A stretch of DNA of 47,936 bases, filler included, from Jimgerdemannia flammicorona (Eukaryota): the NCBI GenBank assembly GCA_003990765.1. It is 2 parts of 2 records of this genome, joined end to end, with 100 filler letters (N's around TTAATTAATTAA, not from the genome) between each part and the next. Parts side by side here need not be neighbours in the genome. Positions count along the whole stretch, not along the records: positions 1 to 23,937 come from RBNJ01001044.1; 1 more part is not named here. The stretch is one strand, 5' to 3'. The notes beneath the pieces were generated by a model. That model did not search any database. It was not told where the DNA came from and saw only the letters and a program-made list of their open reading frames with translations. This document shows, in pieces, positions 1-11,567 of this stretch (position 1 is the first letter of the stretch; the number at the start of each line of letters is the position of its first letter). A program made the translations under genes and the position numbers.

Positions 1-294
1 AAAAAAAAAAAAAAAAAAAAAAAAAAAATAGAAATATAATAGATTAAATTAAAATAAATAAAATATATATTATTTGATAGAGATTAGATTAATATTTATT
101 TTCTGAGTAGAGAAATATTATACAGATGTATTATATAATATTATTATATTTAAAATATTACTATTGACTCTTTTATAACTCAGGTAGCAGTCTTGATAGT
201 CTATTCTTTCAGACTCTCAAATAGGTAAATATCAATATTTGTTATATTATAGTACTAGTACTCTGTAACTCTATGTAACTCTGTAGTAATATAT

Positions 295-1801
295 TGTAAT
301 GGTGATCTCAGAATGATGACATCATCATAGGAGATAGTCTTTTCTTACAAGCCATCAGATTGAAGTATAAGAAGATTATATGGCATAACTCATCTAGATT
401 ATAAGATAAATAATAATGACCAACTATGAGTTATTGTGATCACAAGACAGATATCTCAAGGAATATAAAAGAAAAATCAAGATACTGCAGTAGCAGTAAT
501 CCAAACAAGGCTCACAGAAATAGTTCAAAAGACTTACTATAAATAAATACCTACTGCTTGCCAAATCTCAAAGTTCAGGAACCACTAAGGCCCCTCAGTT
601 CAGGAAAAAATATTTCAAGACATTAGAAAATCTATAAGAACCTACACAAGAAGGACTCCTAGCCTCAACCTGAATACTAGTGACTCTTATTATTATATCC
701 TCTATCACTACAAAATGGAAACAAGAATCACCATTGCTACTGAATATCTCTGGATATAGCAGAAGTGTGAAATAGGAAACCTCCTCTACCAGGAATTCCC
801 TCAGGCTAGTCCCCAAGAGATTCAAGATACTACCTCCATAGATATACATAAAATAAGGACAGCCAAGAAGATTCATCAGATCTTCAGACATATACATACC
901 ATAGTTGATCTCCAACTTAGAATATACCAGAGTCTCAGACTTTAAGGAACTATCAGTCTGCTATACTAATGCACTAGAGGTCATGGTGGTCACAGAAGCC
1001 CAGTCCACTATCACCCTCAATAGTGATGAAGTAGAAGAGTTCTAGTATCCCATCTTCCAGGACAATCTAGATCAATTCATACAAGAATTGATCTCAGCAT
1101 TCCAAGGCCTCAGCATCCAGGTTAGACCTCTCTAAGACCCCACATTTGTTCTTTATTTTGTAAAAGAGAATGTCATAGATTGGAGAGCCCTCACTACTGC
1201 CAAATGAGATGACATCATTCTGTATAACATATGTAAAATAGATAAAACATTCCCAGACCTCATTTCCTTTAAGGACATCCTGACCTCTGGTAGCAATAAA
1301 GATGAAGCCCTCATAGTTCTGAATATTCTGCTCTAAGTTCTTGGTAATACTGAAATCTTCTGACATCCTTTTTCTATAACATCTGAATCTTTGAGCACTC
1401 TTTTCCTATACTACTGAAATCTACTAATATTCTGAACTTGTGCAACCATTTATACAGATACTTGAATTTGTACTTACAACTATAGTTTTCTATATTTCAG
1501 TATTTTATTTGGTTATTGGAATTTATATTTAGCTTTATAACTTAGCAACTATTAAATTATATTTTGTATAAATATCTCTCTTATTTTCTTTGAAATAAAG
1601 TCAGTCAAGTTCACTTATACTCAATTCTATACAAGCAATCTAAGAGATAATAAGACAGTTTAAAGATAAGAAGTTTGAGGACTATAAGACCTAGAGAAGG
1701 CACTCCAATAAGAACTTGTTTATAACAAACTTGTGGTTAGTCTAAGAGATATATCTTTAAGAGATAATATATTTAAAGAACTCAGCAACTACTACATAAC
1801 A
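295..1801 (+). repeat. Family A 5' LTR (~1.5 kb)
   Basis: Colinear with 7516-9018; TG...CA ends; TATAAA at 1567 and AATAAA at 1594; followed by a degenerate TGGTATC-like putative PBS (~1805-1825, tRNA not assignable). Confidence 0.93.
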
Positions 1802-1830
1802 ACTTGATATCTATTGGCTGGTGATTTAAG

Positions 1831-4800
1831 ATGAATCACTCACTTTCAAGTTGAAAGATAAATAATTACCACAATAACTACTCTGACTACAAGAGTTACC
1901 CCTGTAAGAATTCAAGATAAGATAGAAATATATTTCCTCACATTCTATAGATATACTACTGAAGAGTCAATCCTGACCTTCATTGAAGACTTTGAACAAT
2001 TTGCCACCATATGAGCCCTCACCATAGATGCATATGTAATTAGTTCTTCTACCAGTCAGTCTCAGAGGATCTACTAGAGATAGGTTTAATGCAACCACTA
2101 TTACTAATACTATTACAGTCAAACTGGCCAATATGAAGAACTTTCTCAGAACTATATACTATACTGAAGAGATCAAGAAAGCTATCAAGGATCAACTCAA
2201 CACTATCTGTCAAGGGCTTAGTAAAGACCTCAACTTATTCTATACTCAAATCTGCTACCAAATTATCTTGGCTGACTATGATGATGCTCTCAAGGAACAA
2301 ATAGCTGATTCAATCTTCCTCAAAGGAGTTCATCCTGAAATTGCTCTAGCAATCTGGTCTACCCCAGTTACTCTGACCCTTAACCAGAAAATGGTCTTTG
2401 CACAGTAATATTAGACTGTCAGACACCCTGCCAAACACTTAATAGAAAATATAACTGATATCAAGATGGAGCCACAAAAGCCAACCAGTATTATACCTAC
2501 CACAGTTGTAAATAGACAACTATCCCCACCTACCTCTAAGGCAGCCAAAGCTGATTCAGTGAAGGAACTTGCCAAGCAGTTTGCTGAGATGACTACACAC
2601 CTTGGTAATATTGTTAGAGAAATTTGAAGCACCAACAAGAGACCAGTACAGAGATTTGTAGTTACTACAGAAGAATACAATATCACATACTTTAGATATG
2701 AAGAAGAAGGCCACTATATAAAGAGTTGTATAACTGAAATAAGATATAAAGCCCAATCAAGCAATACTATCAGAACTAGAGAATAAACTAATATAGTAGT
2801 CATTGAGGAGATTAGTAATACTGATGATAAAGAATACTATGAGGAGTCTGAATTCTATCCTGTTATTAAAGATATCAGAACTCAGTCTAAGCTCTATGAT
2901 AAGAAGAGTAACAGCAAGCCAGTTGGAAGACCAAAAAAGACCTCAGCTATCACTATTCAAAGCAAGACCCAACCTGAGGAGATTGATTAAGATAAGAAGT
3001 TAGATGAAGCTGCCTGCTAAATTATTGAAGACACTACTCCCATCTCAGGAGAAAGTGAAAGCAAGAAAGAACAGAAGCTATATAAGACCAAGATCCACTA
3101 GTATAATATCTACAATGATCTCAAGAAACAGAAGATCAATAGTACTTTTGAACAACTAGCTAAAGTCCCTATCTTTAGACAGTAGTTGAGAGTAGGACTT
3201 ACAACTACTATCAAGAACCAAGAGTATAAGATCATAAAAGCTCAAAATATATAAGAAGATGAACAAGAAGACTCAGGTGAAGAATCTAAAGATCAGTGCA
3301 AGACATCAGCCTATACTCTATATCAGATTGAAGATTATATCTTTGATGTCATTATTAATACTAGTGCTGGAGGATGCCTCATAAGTAAGAAGACAATTGA
3401 TCACCTAGGCTGAGATATTGAAGAGTCTATCAAAATAATCTATATCACAGCAGATGGTATATGAGCTACCCTCTTAGGCAAGATATGAGAAGTCCCCATC
3501 AAGATAGGAGGAGCTATCATCCTAGTAGACATAATTGTTATAAGTACCACCAACTATGACATCCTTATTGGTAACCAATAACTTCACAAGACCAAGACTG
3601 TCATTGATCTCAATGCCCAGAAGATATAGATCAACTATAGAGGAAGAAAGATATAAGTCTCTATCAATATCTACAAAGAAGTACTACCAGACATGGAGAA
3701 AGAAGATGAAGAAGACACAGAAATCTTCATATACTTGGCATATAAGAACAAGAGCAAGACACTCAAGCTCACAGATAAGCAGTGGTACAATAAGATCATT
3801 GATGGCTATGTCCCTCAAGAAAGATGTCTCCATGGTATTAGGATGTACTACTCTGAACACCTGAATGACTACTGGTCCTATATCAGTAAAGTCAGAAAAA
3901 TATGCCAACAAAAGTATGAGCAAGAAGCTACTGAAGCAAAAAGAAAAGTCAAAGAAGATGACCAGCCCCCAGAGCTTCAAGCTGATAGTGATGATAAGGA
4001 GGAACAAGAACCAGACATTATTCTCAAGGTCAAGAAGTTTCACCCTGAAGCCAAGGTCCCAGAATGTAAGACTGAAGGAACCATAGGAATGGACCTTACC
4101 AGCATTTAAGATACTATCCTTAAACTACAGACCACTACTCTACTTGGTACTGGAATTGGAGTCAAGTTGCCAGAGAACTATACTGAAATTATCAAGACCA
4201 GGAGCAGTCTGATCAAAAGTAAAATCTCAGTTAAAGGAGGAGTAATTGACTCTGATTATACTGGTAAGATCTTTCTCATAGTCAGAAATTACAACCCCAC
4301 CACCTCATTCAAAGTCAAGAAGTATGACAGAATTGGCCAGATGCTGATCTATGAAGTCAAGAAGTCTAAGATCACTGAAGCCATTGAACTCATCAAGACT
4401 AAGGGAGGAGAACAAGACTTTGAATCTACTGGAAAAGAAGCCTATACTGCTACCAAGATTACTGAACTCAAGCACAAGAAAGATAAGAACCAGAATAAGC
4501 ACACATATATCATTGGAAAAAACTTTCCCCTAGAAGAATAACTTCTCAAGATCCTATACTGGAATGAAAGAGTACTTGCCACAGACTTCAGGGATATATA
4601 CAATCAAGAATCTAAGTACTACTATGAAAGTTGATACCAGCAATATCAAGCTCATCTATCAAAAAGCCAGACCTATACCACTTGTCTACAGAGAATGGCT
4701 GAGAGCAGAACTCAAGGAAATAGAAGAAGCTGAAATCATCAAGCAAGCAATTAGTTCCTGGGCTTCACTCATTGTCCTCACTCTAAGGAAAAAAGGCAAG

Positions 4801-7155
4801 CCTGGAGAGTTTGCTCCAAGACTCAACATTGATTACAGGAAGCTCAATGCAATTATGTATCAAGAAAGATAAGCAGCTCTTTCCAAATATTCAAGAAATC
4901 CTTACCACTCTTAGAAGTAAAGCCAAATACTACACTACCTTGAATCTGTTCTCAGACTTCCATCAGATTAGTCTCACTCAAGATACCAGTGAGAAACCAG
5001 TCTTCATTATACCTGATACTATCTATATCTACCTGCAAATACCATTTGGAATATACAATACCCCAGTAAGTTTTCAGCAAATAATAAATAGAGTCTTTAG
5101 TAATGAAATTGGAAAATGGCTTTTTGTCTATATTAATGATGTGATCATCTTTAGTAACACTGTATGAAAATATATCAACTATATACAGCTGGCTCTTAAG
5201 AAGCTCAAGGAGCATGGCCTCTACATCAAGTCTAAGAAGTGTAAGTTTATAGCTCAGAAAATTATCTATCTAGGACATATTATCAACCAGACTAAAATTC
5301 ACATAGACTCCATGAAGATTGAGGCTGTTGCAGCCTACCCAAGACTCAGAACAACTATAGAAGTCTATGTCTTCCTTAGACTGGTCTCCTACTACAGAAG
5401 ATTTATCAAAGGATACTCCAATATTGCAGTACCTATCTATGAGCTACTGAAGAAGGAGACCAAATTTGAATAGACTAAGGAATATTAAGAAACCTTCAAT
5501 GAACTCAAAATTAGGTTGATGCAAGCACCCATCCTCAGAAGACCAGATTGGAACCTAGAGTTCATCCTGCAGACAGATATAAGTGCTATAGAACTTGGAG
5601 CAGTCCTATCTCAAAAGAAAGATAGATATGAATATCTCATCTCCTATACAAACTGAGGTATCTATAGAGCAGAACAGAACTATGAGTCATACAAGCTTGA
5701 ATGCTTAGCAGTAGTTTGGGTGATAGATAAGTTCTACTACTATTTAGCTGGAAAATACTTCACTATTTAAACAGACCATTCTGCTCTCACCTAGCTATTC
5801 CAAACTCTGAACCCCAAAGAAATATATATCAGATGGATCTATAGGCTGCAAGAGTATGACTACACTATCAAGCACTGCTCAGAAAGAATCAATACCAATA
5901 TCAATATACTCTTAAGAATATTCTGAAATACCCTCATTAAGACTATTCAACATGAATAAGGAGCTATACTATAAATTAATTAGCTACCTTAGATAGTGAA
6001 AGATGTCCAACCACCTTGAACTCTGGACTATCACCATCATTAACCAGACTTAGAAACAATTTGAACTAGACAACATCATACTCAGAAAAGGAGGAAAGCT
6101 CATAATACTCAAATATAAAAAGTATCAAGTAATGAAGAAAGTATATGAATAAGAATACCTAGGAGGAATCAATACATATGACAAAGCAAGAAGAATGATG
6201 TGATGGTCTAAGATAGAAGAAGATCTGTACTAATTTGTCAAAGGGTGTGACAAGTACCAAAAATAGAAATAAGATCAGTAAGACCAGACACTCAGATCAT
6301 CAAGAATTGAGCCCATCTCCTTCTACTATATTACAATAGATATCATTAGACTACTAGTAATACTATCAGGAAACTACTATATTATAGTTATTGTAAACCT
6401 CTTTACCAAATAGATAAAAGCAGGAGCATTATAAGAAACCAATGCTCTCTCTATAGCCAACTTTCTATACTGAGAAATCATCTGCTACTATAAGACACTA
6501 AGACAAATCACTATAGACTACAGTACTGAATTTATCAATAGATTCTATGAGATAATATATCAGGAATATAAGATTCAGTATATCAAGACCATTATGTATC
6601 ACTCTCAAGGAAATGGACAGACAGAAAGAACTAATAAGACTCTCAAGAACATCCTGGCAAAGATCTCAGATACATATGACAATTGAGATAACTACCTCCC
6701 AACTACCCTTTCTATCTTATGAGACATATAGTCACAGAGTACACACTTTACTCTGAGAGAACTGCTTTTCAGAGAAGAAGATTCCAATGGAATCTCAGCC
6801 ACAAATCTGAATCTAACATAGAGATAGATTGACTCAGAAATCCAGAGACTATACCAAATCAGAAAGAAGGCTGAAGATTATATCATCAAGTTATAAGTAC
6901 TGACAAGAAAGAATATAGAAAAGAATCACAAGACTCTAAAACCCATCTAAATTAGAGAAAAGGTCCTACTATATCAAAATATAGTAGAAGCCTTATGGTC
7001 ATGAAAACTGGAGCCCAAATGAGAAGAACTCTTCTATATGTAAGATATAAAAAAAAACTACCTTCTGACTTAGAAAAGTCTCAGAGACCATACTGCCTAT
7101 CACAGTATATAGGAACAGACTCAAGAAGTATCATGAATATATACAAGAGAAGTAA
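1831..7155 (+). pseudogene. Family A gag-pol pseudogene
   Basis: Gag-like 'DSIFLKGVHPEI'; degenerate protease 'IINTSAGGCLIS' ~3351; RT 'IDYRKLN', 'QIPFGIYNTPVSFQ', 'VYINDVIIFS'; RNaseH 'FILQTD...LGAVLSQ' ~5560 and 'TDHSAL'; integrase 'QGNGQTERTNKTLK' ~6605, ending 'RNRLKKYHEYIQEK*'. Many transition-type stops. Confidence 0.9.
4020..4440 (+). pseudogene. dUTPase domain in family A pol
   Basis: 'KVKKFHPEAKVP..KTEGTIGMDL', 'LLGTGIGVKLP', 'IKTRSSL', 'GGVIDSDYTGKI', 'DRIGQMLI', degenerate motif V 'KGGEQDFESTG'. Confidence 0.9.
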
Positions 7156-7515
7156 AACATGATGACTGCCCATGAGGTTCTAGTCCATGAATCATAACAG
7201 CATGTCCCATGACTAGTAGATAAGCTGTCTGGACTATTCTATAAGAGATATGGTACTAATAACTACTTATCTATAAGACTTTTAAAGCTAGAGGAGTTCA
7301 AACCATCAACTGATTGGTCAAGATCAGAATCAGACCCTTGCTCTATATAAAGGAAGTGATCCTTCACCATTATGCCAAAATATATAAGAAAGATATCAGC
7401 CTATAAATACTACTTTTCAACTCCCTACCAGAGGTTATACATAGAATAAGCAAATTTTTCAGACTGGACTAATAAATAAGAGCATTCAAGAGAAGATCTT
7501 TATTCAGGAGGAAGA

Positions 7516-9018
7516 TGTAATGATGATCTCAGAATAATGATATCATCACAGAAGACAGCCTTTCCTTACAAGCTACTAGATCAAAGTATAAGAAGATTAT
7601 ATGGTATAACTTACCCAGGCTATAAGATGAGCAATGATGACTAATCATAAGTTATTATGACCATAAGATAGATATCTCAAGAAATATAAAAGAAGAATTA
7701 AGAAACTGCAGTAGCAGCAATCCAAACAAGGCTCACAGAAATAGTTCAAAAGACTTACTATAAATAAATATCTGCCACTTGCCAAATCTTAAGATCCAGA
7801 AACTACTAAGGCCCTTCAGTCTAGGAAAGGATATTTCAAGATATCAGAAGAGCTATGAGGACCTGTACAAGAAGGACTCCTAGCCTCAACTTGGGTACTG
7901 GTGACTCTTATTATTATATTCTCTACTGCTACAAAATGGAAACAAGGATCACCATTGCTACCAAATGTCTCTGGATGTGGCAGGAATATGAAATAGGAAA
8001 TCTTCTCTGCCAGAAATTCCCTCAGGCCAGTCCCCAAGAGATTCAAGATACTATCTCTATAGATATATGAAATAAGAATAGCTAAGAAGAATTATCAGGT
8101 CTTCAGGTATGTACCATGATCAATCCCCAACTTAGAATACACCAGAGTCTCAGACTTTAAGGAACTGTCAGCCTGCTGTACCAATGTACTGAAGGCCATG
8201 GTGGCCACAGAAGCCCAGTCTATTATCACTCTCAATAGTGATGAAGTAGAAGAGTTCTGGTATCCCATCCTCTAGAACAATTCAGATCAATTCATATAAG
8301 AATTGATCTCAGCATTCTAAGGCTCCAGTATCCAGATTAGACCTCCCCAAGATCCCACATTTGTTTCTTATTTTGTGGAAGAGAATGTCATAGATTGGAG
8401 AGCCCTCATCACTGCTGAATGAGATAATATCATCCTGTGTAACATATGTGAAATGGATGAAATATTTACAGACCTCATTTCCTTCAAGGATATCCTGACC
8501 TCTGGTAGTGATAAAGATGAAGCCCCCATGGTCTTGAACATTCTGCTCTAAGTTCTTGATAATACCAAAATCTTCTGGCATTCTTTTTCTATAACATCTG
8601 AATCTTTGGGCACTCTTTTCCTATTTTACTAAAATCTACTGATATTCTAAACTTATGCAACCATTTGTACAGATACTTGAATTTGTACTTACAACTGTAG
8701 TTTTCTGTATTTCAGTATTTTATTTAGTTATTGGAATTTATATTTAGCTTTATAACTTAGCAAATATTGAATTATATTTTATATAAATACCCCTCTTATT
8801 TCCTTTGAAATAATGTTAGTCAAGTTCACTTATACTCAATTCTATACAAGCAATCTAAGAGATAACAAGAAGTTTAAAGATAAGAAGTTTGAGAACTACA
8901 AGACCTTGAGAAGGTACTCTAATAAGAACTTGCTTATAACAAACTTATAGTTAGTCTAAGAGATATACCTTGAAAAGAATCTGATATATTTGAAGGACTC
9001 AGTGACTACTATATAACA
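7516..9018 (+). repeat. Family A 3' LTR
   Basis: Starts right after the PPT; matches the 5' LTR with mostly transition differences. Confidence 0.93.
7530..8551 (+). pseudogene. LTR-internal (U3) ORF of family A, unknown function; other copies at ~313-1336 (+) and ~39880-40930 (-)
   Basis: Manual translation gives 'IFQDIRRAMRTCTRRTPSLNLGTGDSYYYILYCYKMETRITIATKCLWMWQEYEIGNLL...RIAKKNYQVFRYVP*SIPNLEYTRVSDFKELS'. Many stops are CAA/CAG/TGG in a sister copy. Start is approximate. Confidence 0.75.
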
Positions 9019-9479
9019 ATATATATATATTGTGGCATTGGTTATGTATGATGAACTTCGATTGCATGGCTCAATGTGTGCCACTTGGTGAAGCACGCGA
9101 TGTATAACTGAATGCGTTTCACAACAGTTATGGGTCAATGATCGCATGACAGGTCGTTTGATTCATGTAGTAATTGATAATGGGGAGGTCGTTCAGTTGT
9201 TCAATGGCTCAGGACATCGATGGCTCAATTGTTTAGTGGAAAAAAGGTGTTGTTGCTAACAGAGGGCAGTTATTATGCTGGCTAAGTTTCCTGGCGGCGA
9301 TTAACTTGTCAGCAAACTTAGCGACAATGGGCTTGCTCTTTATGTGGTCAATTAAAGTGGTCCGTGGCGCAGTAGCTCGGAAAAAACAGAGGTTGATGGC
9401 TTGCTCATCCATCTTAACTTGTTAGGTTCCTGGCAGTCGTTCAGGTCTTTGGCAGTGGGTCGGCCTTTGGCGGTCTAGT

Positions 9480-9680
9480 ATCCTTTAGCTGGGTATCCTT
9501 GGGTTTCTGGGTCTTGAATCTCGGCGGTCTCAAATGCATGGTCCGAATGGTGGTCTGGTCTTGAATCCTTGGCTGGGTCTCGGGTCTTGAATGGTGGTCT
9601 GAATAGTGGTCCGAATGGCGGTCTGGTCTTGAATCCTTGGGTTTCCAGGTCTCGAATGGTGGTCGAATGGCAGTGGTCAG
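9480..9680 (-). repeat. Degenerate tandem repeats in family B U5 (also ~19570-19770)
   Basis: Recurring TCTTGAATCCTTGG and GGTC(C/T)GAATGG units. Confidence 0.7.
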
Positions 9681-10049
9681 GTAACATTTTCTTTCTGTGG
9701 CAAGAGAAAATTCTTTAACTCAAACCTCGAGCGATTGTTGCTCTAGTTATCTTGTTCTCAGAATTTATCCAGTCTCTTGGAGGCAGTGTGTTTTCTCTGT
9801 AAAACTATCTGGCTGAGGCTTTATTCACTCTAAGAATATGGGTTATTTATACAAGTTTGCTAGCTATGAGAGAGGGGGTACAACTAAGGCTAAAGTATAC
9901 TATATTGTGGCAAACTTATGCTATTGGTTTGCATGATGCAAGGTGCAGGCTATTGTTTACTATGGATTGGGTTGTAGGGGATTGCAATGCTAGATTCGGA
10001 CTTGCTGACATGAAGGCTGCACAATTCTCATAGCTGACAGGTGGTGGTT

Positions 10050-11126
10050 CTAGAGGAAATAGTACCCTTTGTCCGCGGCAGGCAAATCTTGCTGGGTTAA
10101 GATTTCTTCTTCATCATACCTCTTCTCAAAAGGGGGAAGCGCTGGCCAAGAAGTGAGGGGGTAGAAAAGTGGCCAGTTATCTTCAACAACATTCTCCAAC
10201 CCTTGAACAGCTTGAATGTGGACAGAGGACTGGTAGACTCTCTGTTGCTCCTCTTCTTCTTCTGAAGGCTCATCAGTTTCAGTGTCAGAGGGGGTTTCTT
10301 CAGAGGCAGGGTCTTGGAGTTCTTGGGCTTCCTCCTTAAAGACAGGGACCTCTTGGGCTTCTTCTTGATTCGGTTCCCAAATGATGAGATGTGAATTGTG
10401 GCTGACAGGGTGGTGGGTGGTAGGGGTAGCTCCAATGGGTGCTTCTATAGTAATGGGTGGTCCTTCAAACATCTCCATAAGGCTCATTAGGTGATCTTGA
10501 TAGTTGTCTCAGAGTGGGGTGGTGTGGAAACCTGGTTGAGTAGGTTCGGTTTGTTGACTTCCTACAGCGACGCAGTTGCTACCAATAGAGTTGGCTACTT
10601 CAGATTCTATCCAGTCAGCATCTTCAGTTGAAAGGTAGGAAAGGCTGCCAGTCATTACTCCTTGCAAGTGTGCTATGGCCCAGGGAATATGGTGGAAGAT
10701 TTGGTAGACATGGAGGGCTCTCTTGATTAGCCGGCTAGTGGTTATCAATTCGGTAATGAGGCCTTCCCAGTCGTCTTCTTGAGTCTCATTGCGAAGGCAG
10801 TGTCCAATTTTGTAGTTATGCCAGAGGGTCATTCGTTCGGTAGTGTCTTTGAGCTGTTGGGTCATTATATACCGGTAGTTGATGAAGTGTCCAAGGTCCT
10901 CGGTGTAGAAGTTCAAGTGTTTGGAAGTATCTGGGCACCAAATGGCCTTCTTGATAGCTTCAAAGATCAGGGTCTTTGGGCCAGGCAGAGGGGTAGAGTG
11001 GCGGGAGGTCTGGTTGGTTCGGCGAGTGGGAGACATTGTGTGGTGGGTACTTGGTTCTTTGGTGCCGATCCCTGAGGTGGGGTATGGTTCCTTAAATAAC
11101 ATGGTCTTCATTTTGGCTCGGATCAT
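10050..11126 (-). pseudogene. LTR-internal (U3) ORF of family B, ~358 aa, unknown function
   Basis: ORFs 10509-11126 and 10050-10487 are in one frame, split by a single TGA that is CGA (Arg) in the other LTR ('TTPLRDNHQGHLM'). Confidence 0.85.
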
Positions 11127-11567
11127 CTTGTCTTCTTTGGGATAATCACCTAATGGGTCAGGCTGTCTATTTGATTGTCATGCCATTATGTCGTCTGACC
11201 TTAGCAGTCACCAGTACTCCATTGTCAATTGTGTACATCACATCTGCCCCTTGCAAAATTAGAGCCATCCTCAGCGGTGAGGGTTACATAGAGTTGGGTG
11301 GTCTTAACTCCAGGGATGAGTGAAATGCTGGCGCATTTGTGAGGACTAGCCATCCTTGTCTAGGGCGAGGGCTCCCATAGTCATAGCTGGGGGTTCGAAC
11401 TCATTGGAAATAGTATTACTTGTAATCCGAGGCAATTTCTTAGTAACAATGTCTGTCACATGGATGGGCTTGAGTCTGGTTCCAACGTTGTTGGCTTTCT
11501 TGAGTTCCGAGTGAAATGTCCATCGTATATCCAGCAGAGACGATACAGACAGAGTGAACAGGATTGT

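Larger units (their letters stand above)
295..9018 (+). mobile_element. Full-length decayed Ty3/Gypsy LTR retrotransposon, family A (gag-PR-dUTPase-RT-RH-IN)
   Basis: Direct repeats 295-1801 and 7516-9018 with TGTAAT...TAACA ends; ATAT on both flanks (291-294, 9019-9022); PPT AGGAGGAAGA at 7506-7515; retroelement domains in Gypsy order. Confidence 0.95.
9031..11242 (-). repeat. Family B 3' LTR (2212 bp)
   Basis: Minus strand reads TGTGATG...GCCACA; near-identical to 19123-21338. Confidence 0.96.

Noticed and set aside
595..1366. Antisense ORFs recurring in all family A LTRs (595-915, 1094-1366, 7816-8046, 8309-8581, 40344-40640)
   Set aside because: Shadows of the opposite-strand LTR ORF, which is the frame that matches family B.
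9475..9687. 70-aa ORF present in both B LTRs
   Set aside because: Arises from U5 tandem repeats; no independent coding evidence.
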